A DNA stretch of 64,000 nt from Betaproteobacteria bacterium Ga0077526 (GTDB lineage: Bacteria; Pseudomonadota; Gammaproteobacteria; Burkholderiales; Ga0077523). Made by a program: the position numbers and the translations under genes. The notes beneath the pieces are model-generated. The model was not told the origin of the DNA. It searched no databases and saw nothing but the letters and a program-made list of their open reading frames with translations. The stretch covers positions 128,311 through 192,310 of the forward strand of contig LNDV01000038.1 in the NCBI GenBank assembly GCA_001464765.1, given 5' to 3'. The first letter of the stretch is position 1. Each line of letters begins with the position of its first letter. Below, one piece after another: positions 56,253-64,000 of this stretch.

Positions 56253-57176
56253 CTAGACTCCGATCATGGCCCGCAGGTGAGCCGCCGCGCTTCGCCCGAG
56301 GGAACCGAGGTCGTAGCCACCTTCCAGCAGTGACACCATCCGGCCCGCCGCGCTGTCCCGGGTCGCCTCGAGAAGGCGTTCGGTCACCCAGGCATAGTCG
56401 GCCTCGACCAGCGCCAGGGACGCCATGTCGTCGTCCCGGTGCGCGTCGAAGCCCGCGGAAACGAACACCACTTCGGGGCGGAATGCGGCGAGCGCAGGGA
56501 TCCAGGCGCTCTCCACCGCCTCGCGAAAATGCCGGCCGGTGCTGTAAGCGGCCAGAGGCACGTTGACCATCCGTTCCGAACGGCCTTCCGTGCCGCTGTA
56601 AGGATAGAAAGGGTGCTGGAAGGTCGACACCATGAGCACCCGCTCGTCGTCGCGGAAGATGTGCTCGGTGCCGTTGCCGTGGTGCACATCGAAATCGACG
56701 ATGGCCACCCGACTGCAGCCATGGGCCTCCAGGGCGTGTGCGGCAGCCACCGCCACATTGTTGAAGAAGCAGAAGCCCATCGCCCTCGCCCGTTCGGCGT
56801 GGTGTCCCGGCGGGCGCACGTTGCAGAACGCCCCGCGGACCTTCCCGGTCAGCACGAGATCGGTGGCAAGGACCGCAGCGCCGGCAGCGCGCAAGGCGGC
56901 CTGCAGGGTGAACGGATTCATCGCGGTGTCCGGATCGAGGTGCACGATGCCGGCCCCGGGCGCCGAACTGATCACCGTGTCCACGTGATCGTCGGTGTGG
57001 ACGCGCAGAAGCTGTTCGCGGGTTGCAGCAGGCGCCTCATGGACTTCGAGCAGACCCATGAGCCCGGACGCGATCAGCTGGTCCTCGACCGCACCGAGCC
57101 TCGCCGGGCATTCGGGATGATGGGCACCCATATCGTGCCGCTGGCACTCGTCGTGGCGTAGGAAGGCGATCGTCAT
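56253..57176 (-). CDS. Zn-dependent histone-deacetylase-family (lysine/acetylpolyamine) deacylase
   Basis: HPECPARL, RPPGHHA, GFCFFNN, DFDVHHGNGT, SAGFDAH, LEGGY; start trimmed to ATG 57176. Confidence 0.93.
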   Translation of the reverse strand: MTIAFLRHDECQRHDMGAHHPECPARLGAVEDQLIASGLMGLLEVHEAPAATREQLLRVHTDDHVDTVISSAPGAGIVHLDPDTAMNPFTLQAALRAAGAAVLATDLVLTGKVRGAFCNVRPPGHHAERARAMGFCFFNNVAVAAAHALEAHGCSRVAIVDFDVHHGNGTEHIFRDDERVLMVSTFQHPFYPYSGTEGRSERMVNVPLAAYSTGRHFREAVESAWIPALAAFRPEVVFVSAGFDAHRDDDMASLALVEADYAWVTERLLEATRDSAAGRMVSLLEGGYDLGSLGRSAAAHLRAMIGV

Positions 57177-57402
57177 GCGGACACCCGGAGCATGGGGAAA
57201 ACCTGATGGTAGCGCTGCCGGCGCGAGCCGTCGCCGCTCCCCGTCACGGCAGGCCTGCCACTGCGGCTGCTGAGGGTTCACGCCCGCGCCAGGCGGCAGT
57301 ACCCGAATGGCATGGCGCAAACGGCGCCCGCGCTGAAACGTGCTACGGTTGCCGCATGCCGAATTTGAGGATCCCCGGGACCCGTCCCGCACTGACGACT
57401 CC

Positions 57403-60099
57403 GTGACCCACCCCTTGCAGAGTCTGTTCGAGCCCGCCGTGGTCGCGGTGGTCGGGGCGTCTGACACCCCGGATACCGTCGGCGGCGCGGTGCTGCGCCG
57501 GATGCAAGCCGCTGGCTTCGCAGGTGCGCTTTACCCGGTCAATCCGCGGCACGCGGAGGTTGCCGGCCTGCCCTGCTTCCCTTCCCTGCTCGCCCTTCCG
57601 GGGCGTCCTGACGTGGCGTTCGTCGCCTCTCCCGCCGCCACGCTGCCCGCCGTCCTTCGCGACGCCGTCGAGGCCCGCTGCAAGGCTGTCGTGCTTCTCG
57701 GCACGGCGGCCGGGAGTCAGGACGACAACACCGCTGCCCTCCGCGAGGACGCCCTCGCGTCGGCCCGGCACGCGGGGCTGCGCATCCTCGGCCCGAACAC
57801 CCTGGGCGTGATCCGGCCGCGCCACCGCTTCAATGGTTCCTTCACCGCCACCGACGTGAAGGCCGGCACGACCGCGCTGCTGGCGCAGTCCGGCGGGCTC
57901 ACGAGTGCGATGCTGGACCGCGGCGCGGCCGAAGGTCTCGGCTTCTCCTGCGTGGTGTCGCTCGGCAATCAGACCGACCTGGATTTCGCCGACGTGCTGG
58001 ACTTCGTAACCCACGATCCGGCGACGGAAAGCGTGGTGATGTACATCGAGGGCATCCGCTCGGCACGACGGTTCGTGAGCGCATTGCGGGCGGCGGCGCG
58101 GATCAAGCCCGTGATCGTGCTGAAATCCGGTCGGGAGACGGCCGGCAGCCGCGCCGCCTCGACACATACCGGCGCCATCACCGGTCCGGACGAAGCGTTC
58201 GACGCCGCGCTCCGGCGCTGCGGCGCTGTCCGCGTCGATGATTTCCTGCAGCTCTATGCGGCGACCAAGTATCTGGCCTCGCGCTATCGGCCCGTGGCGC
58301 GCAACGTCGCCATCGTCACGAACGGTGGCGGTCCCGGTGTCATGGCAGCGGATCGCGCCGGCCGTGTCGGCCTGACGCTCGCGACGCTGAGTCCGGCCAC
58401 GATGGACCGCCTGGAGCGGGAGCTTAGCGGCCGCTGGTCGCGGGACAATCCCGTCGACCTGATGGAGGACGCGAGGCCCGCCGCTTTCGCGCAGGCGCTG
58501 GACGCGTGCCTCACCGACCCCGCGGTCGACGGTGTGATCGCGATAGTCACCCCGCAGGTCATGACCGATCCGTCCGCGGTCGCGGACCTCATCCTCGCAG
58601 CCGCGGGCCGCACCACGAAACCGCTCATCGCCTGCCTGCTGGGCGACACCAGCATCCGCGCCGCGCTGCCGCGTCTGCAGGCCGCCCGCATTCCGACGTT
58701 CCGGGCACCCGAGCCAGCCGTCGAGGCCTTCGCGGACATCGCCCGCTTCTACGAGAACCAGCGACTGCTCATGCAGGTTCCGGGACCGCGATCCCACGAG
58801 GAACGCGAGCCGGACGTGGAAGGCGCGCGAGCGATCGTGACCGAGGCGCTCGCGACCGGTCGCGACAGCCTGTCGCCGATGGAGACCAAAGCGCTGCTCG
58901 GCGCATTCCGCATTCCGGTGTCGCCGTCGGCCGTCGCACGGACGCCCTCGGAGGCCATTGTCCTGGCCCAGCAGTTCGGATTTCCCGTGGTGCTGAAGGC
59001 CAACGCGCGGGGGCTGGAACACAAGTCCGACGTGGGAGGCGTACGTCTCGACCTCCGCAATGCCACCGAGGTGCGCGAGGCGATGCTCACCATCGAGCGC
59101 GATCTGCAGGCGTCGCGTCCCGACCTCGGTGTGGATGGCGCGACGGTGGAACCCATGGTCGTGAAGGCGCACGGCCGCGAACTAATCCTCGGCGTGCTGA
59201 GGGACCCGGTGTTCGGCCCGGTGATTTCCTTCGGGGCCGGCGGCCGGGCTGTGGAGGTGTTCCGGGACCATGCCGTGGCACTGCCACCCCTCAATGCGGA
59301 ACTCGCGCGCGCCCTGATCTCGCGCACGCAGGTCGGTGTCACTCTGTCCGCCTGGCGCGGGTGGCCGGCCGCGGACGCGACGGCGCTCGAGGACGTCCTG
59401 CTGCGCTTGTCGGAACTCGCCTGCGCGCTTCCCGAACTGGAAGTGCTGGAGATCAATCCGCTCATCATCGACGAGGCCGGCGCCATCGCCGTGGACGCGC
59501 GCGCCGTGCTGAGCAAGGTCTCGGCGATATCGGAGACCGGGCGATACGGCCACATGGCCATCATGCCCTACCCCACCGAGCTCACCACCGGATGGACGCT
59601 GGCCGACGGCCGGCACGTCACGGTCCGGGCCATCCGTCCCGAAGACGCGGCCATGGAGCAGGCCTTCGTCCGTGCGCTGTCCGACGAGTCCCGCTACTTC
59701 CGGTTCGCCAACGCGCTGCACGAATTGTCCGAGTCGCTGCTCGTCCGGTTCACCCAGATCGACTACGACCGCGAACTCGCGCTGGTCGCCGTGGTCGACG
59801 AAGACAACGCCCCGGAGCAGATTGGCGTCGCCCGCTACGTGATCGATGCCGACGGCATCACCTGCGAGTTTGCGATTGCGCTCGCGGACGCCTGGCAGGG
59901 CCAGGGTATCGGGCGCCGGCTGCTGACCCGCCTGACGGAGGCCGCGCGGGCCCGTGGACTCCGTACGATGGTGGGCCAGGTGCTGTCGCACAACAGCCGC
60001 ATGCTGGGCCTGATGAACGCGATGGGCTTCACCGTCGGCCCGGACCCCGACGAGGCCACCATGCGGCGCGTCGTGCTCGATCTCGCCCGCGTCGCCTGA
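57403..60099 (+). CDS. Pat-type protein lysine acetyltransferase (NDP-forming acyl-CoA synthetase-like domains + C-terminal GNAT)
   Basis: VVGAS, YPVNP, GPNTLG, QSG, TNGGG, NPVD, HKSDVGGV, DPVFGP, IMPYP, SRYFRF, DYDRELA, WQGQGIG; GTG start approximate. Confidence 0.92.
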   Translation: MTHPLQSLFEPAVVAVVGASDTPDTVGGAVLRRMQAAGFAGALYPVNPRHAEVAGLPCFPSLLALPGRPDVAFVASPAATLPAVLRDAVEARCKAVVLLGTAAGSQDDNTAALREDALASARHAGLRILGPNTLGVIRPRHRFNGSFTATDVKAGTTALLAQSGGLTSAMLDRGAAEGLGFSCVVSLGNQTDLDFADVLDFVTHDPATESVVMYIEGIRSARRFVSALRAAARIKPVIVLKSGRETAGSRAASTHTGAITGPDEAFDAALRRCGAVRVDDFLQLYAATKYLASRYRPVARNVAIVTNGGGPGVMAADRAGRVGLTLATLSPATMDRLERELSGRWSRDNPVDLMEDARPAAFAQALDACLTDPAVDGVIAIVTPQVMTDPSAVADLILAAAGRTTKPLIACLLGDTSIRAALPRLQAARIPTFRAPEPAVEAFADIARFYENQRLLMQVPGPRSHEEREPDVEGARAIVTEALATGRDSLSPMETKALLGAFRIPVSPSAVARTPSEAIVLAQQFGFPVVLKANARGLEHKSDVGGVRLDLRNATEVREAMLTIERDLQASRPDLGVDGATVEPMVVKAHGRELILGVLRDPVFGPVISFGAGGRAVEVFRDHAVALPPLNAELARALISRTQVGVTLSAWRGWPAADATALEDVLLRLSELACALPELEVLEINPLIIDEAGAIAVDARAVLSKVSAISETGRYGHMAIMPYPTELTTGWTLADGRHVTVRAIRPEDAAMEQAFVRALSDESRYFRFANALHELSESLLVRFTQIDYDRELALVAVVDEDNAPEQIGVARYVIDADGITCEFAIALADAWQGQGIGRRLLTRLTEAARARGLRTMVGQVLSHNSRMLGLMNAMGFTVGPDPDEATMRRVVLDLARVA

Positions 60100-60286
60100 T
60101 CGCGTTCTGGAACTCAAGATCGGGACGAATTGCTCGAAGATACAGAGGTCCCGACCCATTGCCGCAAAGTGGTCGGCCCATTGGAACAGAACAAGTTGCT
60201 GATCCTGCACCCACAAGCAGATCCCGAGGTCGCGGAAGGGATGCGCAAGCCGCCCCGCCCACGGCTCCACGGAGCCCACCATACCC

Positions 60287-61204
60287 ATGAATCGTGACAT
60301 CCAGCCCGTCCTCGCCGCCATCGGCGCCATCGTCCTCGGCAAGGAGACGCAGCTGCGGCTCACCGTCGCCTGCATCCTGGCCCGAGGCCATCTGCTGATC
60401 GAGGACCTGCCCGGGGTCGGAAAGACCACACTCGCCCATGCCCTTGCCCGCGTGCTGGGACTGGAGTTCCAGCGCGTCCAGTTCACGGCGGACCTCCTCC
60501 CCGCGGACATCCTCGGTTCCTCGATATTCAATCGGGACACCGGCGGGTTCGAGTTCCATCCGGGTCCGGTGTTCACGCAGGTCATCCTCGCGGACGAGAT
60601 CAACCGTGCGACACCGAAGGCGCAGAGCGCGCTGCTGGAAGCGATGGAGGAACAGCAGGTGACCGTCGAAGGCAACACCCGGCGTCTGCCCGAGCCCTTC
60701 TTCGTGATCGCGACCCAGAACCCCGCTCACCAGGTCGGCACGTTCCCCCTGCCGGAGTCCCAGCTCGATCGCTTTCTGATGCGCATTCGCCTCGGATATC
60801 CGGATGCGGCCGCGGAGCGGGCACTGCTCGCCGGCGAGGAACGCCGGGCGATGATCGCCGCCCTGCAGCCCGTTCTGAACGCCAAGACCCTGGCCGCCCT
60901 GCAACAGGCAGTCCGCGCGATCCACGTGGCGCCAGCACTGCTCGACTACGTGCAGGCCATCCTCGCCCACACCCGTCGCGCCACGCAGTTCGCCTCGGGA
61001 ATGAGCCCCCGGGCCGGCCTTGCACTGCTCAACGCGGCGCGGGCATGGGCGTTCCTGGACGGACGCAGCGCGGTGCTGCCCGAAGACGTGCAGACCGTGT
61101 TCGCGGCCGTGGCCGGCCACCGTCTCGTGCCTGCGGCCGGTGACGGCACCGGCGACGGCGAGGAAGCCGCCAGACGAGTGATCGCGGCCGTCGCCATTCC
61201 GTGA
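60287..61204 (+). CDS. MoxR-family AAA+ ATPase
   Basis: EDLPGVGKT, QFTADLLPADI, ADEINRATPKAQSALLEAM, ATQNP, FPLPESQLDRF. Confidence 0.94.
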   Translation: MNRDIQPVLAAIGAIVLGKETQLRLTVACILARGHLLIEDLPGVGKTTLAHALARVLGLEFQRVQFTADLLPADILGSSIFNRDTGGFEFHPGPVFTQVILADEINRATPKAQSALLEAMEEQQVTVEGNTRRLPEPFFVIATQNPAHQVGTFPLPESQLDRFLMRIRLGYPDAAAERALLAGEERRAMIAALQPVLNAKTLAALQQAVRAIHVAPALLDYVQAILAHTRRATQFASGMSPRAGLALLNAARAWAFLDGRSAVLPEDVQTVFAAVAGHRLVPAAGDGTGDGEEAARRVIAAVAIP

Positions 61205-61223
61205 CCCGGGGGCATCACCGGCA

Positions 61224-62186
61224 ATGAAAATCGGCTCTCTCACCCTGGGGCGGCCGCCGCGAAGCGAGGCTGCGGTCTCGAGCGACCCGATCGCGCTCAC
61301 GCAGAACCGCATCTTCATCATGCCCTCCCGCATGGGGGCCCTTTACTGCCTCACGCTGGCGCTGATGCTGCTTGGCTCCATCAACTACAACCTGGGACTG
61401 GGCTTCGTGCTCACATTCCTGCTGGGCGGCCTTGGCGTGGTGGGGATGCTGCATGCATGGCGCAATCTTGCGGGCGTGTCCGTGCGGCCGGGACGCTCGG
61501 AGCCCGTGTTCGCCGGCGAGCATGCGCGCTTCCGGTTCACGCTCCACAATCCGACCGAGGCACCGCGCTTCGCCATCGGGATGCGTCGGGGCAACGAGCA
61601 CGCCAACTTCACGAACGTACCCGCGCGCGACGACGGAGAATGTTTCGTCGAACTCATCGCGACGAAGCGCGGTTGGCTCGCGCCGGGCCGGGTGGAAGTG
61701 GCAACGAGCTATCCGATCGGCCTGTTTCGCGCCTGGAGCTACGTTCGCTTCGATCAGCGAACGCTCGTGTATCCGCGACCCGAGGCCGGCAACCCGCCGC
61801 TGCCCCCGGCCGCCGCGACATCGGGCGCCGGCCTGAGCTCCGCCGCGGGTGAGGACGACTTCGCCGGTCTTAGGGATTACCGGCCCGGGGACTCGCTGCA
61901 CCGGATGGCCTGGAAGGCGATCGCCCGAAGGGAAGTGCCCGTGGTGAAGGAGTTCTCCGGCGGACAGGGCACCGCCGACCTCTGGCTCGACTGGAGCGCC
62001 TGCCCGCGGGACTTCGACGTCGAACAGCGCCTCGCGCGTCTGTCGGCGTGGGTGGTCTCGGCATCGCTTCAGAACCTGCGCTACGGCATCCGCCTGCCGC
62101 ACCAGACCATCGCGCCCGACACCGGCCGGGCTCATCGCGATCTGTGCCTTCGTACGCTGGCCCTGCACGGCGTGCACGGATCGTGA
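61224..62186 (+). CDS. DUF58 domain membrane protein
   Basis: Two TM helices, KRGW, YPIGLFRAWS, LVYPRP, LRDYRPGD...AWKA. Confidence 0.92.
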   Translation: MKIGSLTLGRPPRSEAAVSSDPIALTQNRIFIMPSRMGALYCLTLALMLLGSINYNLGLGFVLTFLLGGLGVVGMLHAWRNLAGVSVRPGRSEPVFAGEHARFRFTLHNPTEAPRFAIGMRRGNEHANFTNVPARDDGECFVELIATKRGWLAPGRVEVATSYPIGLFRAWSYVRFDQRTLVYPRPEAGNPPLPPAAATSGAGLSSAAGEDDFAGLRDYRPGDSLHRMAWKAIARREVPVVKEFSGGQGTADLWLDWSACPRDFDVEQRLARLSAWVVSASLQNLRYGIRLPHQTIAPDTGRAHRDLCLRTLALHGVHGS

Positions 62187-64000
62187 TCAAGTCGAAGCCG
62201 CGCGCGCCGAAGAGCCTGCTCGAATCCGAGGCCCTCACCACGTCGAGGGTGCTCGCCCTGGTCGGGTGCCTGGGTCTCGTGCTTGCGCCGCACGCGCTGC
62301 ACGTCCCGCTTTGGATCACCCTGCTCGCCGGTCTCACGATGGCGCTGCGAGCGGGCTTTGCATGGCGCGGTTACGGCCTGCCGGGACAGTGGATTCTGGC
62401 GCTGCTCGCCGTTGCCGCAGCCGCCGGCACGTGGCTGTCCTACGGCATGCTGTTCGGGCGCGACGCCGCAGTCGCACTCCTCATCCTCATGCTGTGCCTG
62501 AAGCTGTTGGAACTGCGCAGCGGACGCGATGCCATCGCTGTCGTGTTCCTCGCCTACTTTGCGGTCGTCACGAACTTTCTCTACTCGCAGACGATCCCGA
62601 TGGGGCTGTACCTTCTCGGGTGTGTCTGGCTCATCACCGCCTATCTGATCGGGATGCAGCGGCAGGCGGGCCCGCGAACGGCGTTCGCCCTGCTGCGGCA
62701 CTCGGCCGTGCTGCTGGCGCAGGCCACGCCGGTGATGCTCGTCCTGTTCTTCCTGTTTCCGCGGATCCAGGGTCCGTTGTGGGCTCTCCCGCACTCCTCG
62801 GCGAGCGGCATCACTGGACTGTCCGATCGCATGGCGCCGGGCAGCCTGTCCAATCTCAGCCTGTCCGACGAGGTCGCTTTCCGAGTGCAGTTCCGAGGGA
62901 AGGCCCCGGAAACCCCGAAGCTGTACTGGCGCGGTCCGCTCATGTGGGACTTCGACGGACGCACCTGGACCGTGGGGGAAGGCAGCATGGGCTTCCGCCG
63001 CGACGTTCAGGTCGCCGGGGCACCCCTCGAGTACGTCGTGACCCTGGAGCCGCACTACATGCGCTGGATGTTCGGCCTCGATATCCCGGCCGTGCGTCCC
63101 GAGGACGGGCTGATGACCTCGGACTTCGAGTTGCTGTCGATGCGCCCCGTGCGTACGCGCCTGCGCTACGAAATGAGTTCCTACCTCACCTATCGCGTCG
63201 GTGCTTCCGAGACGCCGGGGATCCTCCAGCGGGCGCTGCGATTGCCGGACGGGTTCAATCCGAGAACGCGCGCGCTCGCGGAGCGCCTGCGCGGAGAAGC
63301 CACCTCGTCTCGCGCGCTGGTGGAGCGCGTTCTCGGGATGTTCCGCGAACAGCCGTTCTTCTACACACTCGCTCCGCCTGAGCTGGGAACTCATTCCGTC
63401 GACGAGTTTCTGTTCGAGGCACGGCGCGGCTTCTGCGAGCACTTCGCGTCGAGCTTCACTTTCCTCATGCGAGCCGCTGGAGTACCTGCGCGCGTCGTCA
63501 CGGGCTACCAGGGAGGCGTGCTAAATCCCGTGGGCGGCTACATGATCGTGCGCCAGTCCGATGCGCACGCCTGGGCCGAAGTCTGGCTGCCCGAGGAGGG
63601 CTGGGTCCGGGTCGACCCCACCGCGGCCGTCTCGCCGCAGCGTATCGAGTCGGGCGTCGCTGCGGCGGTTCCCGCCGGCGATCCGCTGCCGCTGCTCGCC
63701 CGCAGCGACAGCGCGTGGCTGTTGCGCACACGCTTCGCGCTGGACACGATGACCAACGGATGGAACCAGTGGGTGCTGGGATACAACCATGAGCGCCAGC
63801 TCATCGTGATGTCCCGACTGACCGGACACGCGCTCACATGGAAAGGCGTGGCTGCCTTGCTGGTGGCGGGCACAGCTCTCGTCGTGGCACTGCTCACCAT
63901 CTTCACGCTTCGCCAGAACCGGATCCGCCCCCGGGAACCGGTGACGGTCCTGTGGAACGCACTTTCCCGGAAGCTCGCCCGCCGCGATCTGGCACGCCTC
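62183..64000 (+). CDS. tgpA: DUF3488 + transglutaminase-domain membrane protein TgpA (partial)
   Basis: Hand translation from GTG 62183: multi-TM N-terminus, LKLLE, FPRIQGPLW, TGLSD, LYWRG, RRGFCEHFAS (catalytic Cys), DAHAWAEVW, VDPT; runs off the window end. Confidence 0.88.
   Translation, partial: MIKSKPRAPKSLLESEALTTSRVLALVGCLGLVLAPHALHVPLWITLLAGLTMALRAGFAWRGYGLPGQWILALLAVAAAAGTWLSYGMLFGRDAAVALLILMLCLKLLELRSGRDAIAVVFLAYFAVVTNFLYSQTIPMGLYLLGCVWLITAYLIGMQRQAGPRTAFALLRHSAVLLAQATPVMLVLFFLFPRIQGPLWALPHSSASGITGLSDRMAPGSLSNLSLSDEVAFRVQFRGKAPETPKLYWRGPLMWDFDGRTWTVGEGSMGFRRDVQVAGAPLEYVVTLEPHYMRWMFGLDIPAVRPEDGLMTSDFELLSMRPVRTRLRYEMSSYLTYRVGASETPGILQRALRLPDGFNPRTRALAERLRGEATSSRALVERVLGMFREQPFFYTLAPPELGTHSVDEFLFEARRGFCEHFASSFTFLMRAAGVPARVVTGYQGGVLNPVGGYMIVRQSDAHAWAEVWLPEEGWVRVDPTAAVSPQRIESGVAAAVPAGDPLPLLARSDSAWLLRTRFALDTMTNGWNQWVLGYNHERQLIVMSRLTGHALTWKGVAALLVAGTALVVALLTIFTLRQNRIRPREPVTVLWNALSRKLARRDLARL

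Noticed and set aside
60100-60286. Relatively AT-rich gap with weak hairpins before moxR
   Set aside because: No terminator, no correctly spaced -24/-12 element and no riboswitch motif recognised; probably just a promoter region
60287-64000. MoxR-DUF58-transglutaminase triad as a novel system
   Set aside because: A widespread, already described gene arrangement; nothing atypical seen here

Overview
High-GC betaproteobacterial-type chromosomal window, mostly metabolic and housekeeping genes. In order: an aerobic phenylacetate (paa) cluster (paaG-H-I-K-A-B-C leftward, paaN-paaY rightward, PaaR-type operator between them); a GTAG-REP doublet; a translationally coupled lipoprotein plus 3030-aa RTX protein with an N-terminal GxSxG lipase domain, divergent from a PEP-CTERM gene, both behind sigma54-type promoters; a cupredoxin-like gene; AIM24-M48-apt; GlcG/HbpS; DUF429-like; folE; an IclR-controlled homogentisate-funnelling operon (MBL-fold, flavin monooxygenase, DUF2783, hmgA, Bug); acetoacetate-CoA ligase; copA-copZ; a Hpt-REC-REC-GGDEF cyclase; bamD/rluD-pgeF; phaC-phaB and phaR-rimO; YoaA/DinG; alaC-GNAT-hom-thrC; an MCP; a divergent lysine deacetylase/Pat acetyltransferase pair; and MoxR-DUF58-transglutaminase. 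The two best candidates for undescribed systems are (1) an unannotated ~200-nt, multi-hairpin, anti-Shine-Dalgarno small RNA on the minus strand between phaB and phaR, with its own sigma54 promoter, an NtrC-type box and PhaR-type boxes, and (2) the lipoprotein + lipase-RTX pair, a possible T1SS-exported toxin/immunity or anchor/cargo module that may be co-regulated with the PEP-CTERM gene. No rRNA, tRNA, CRISPR array, transposase or integrase was seen. All family assignments come from motif recognition by eye, not database searches.
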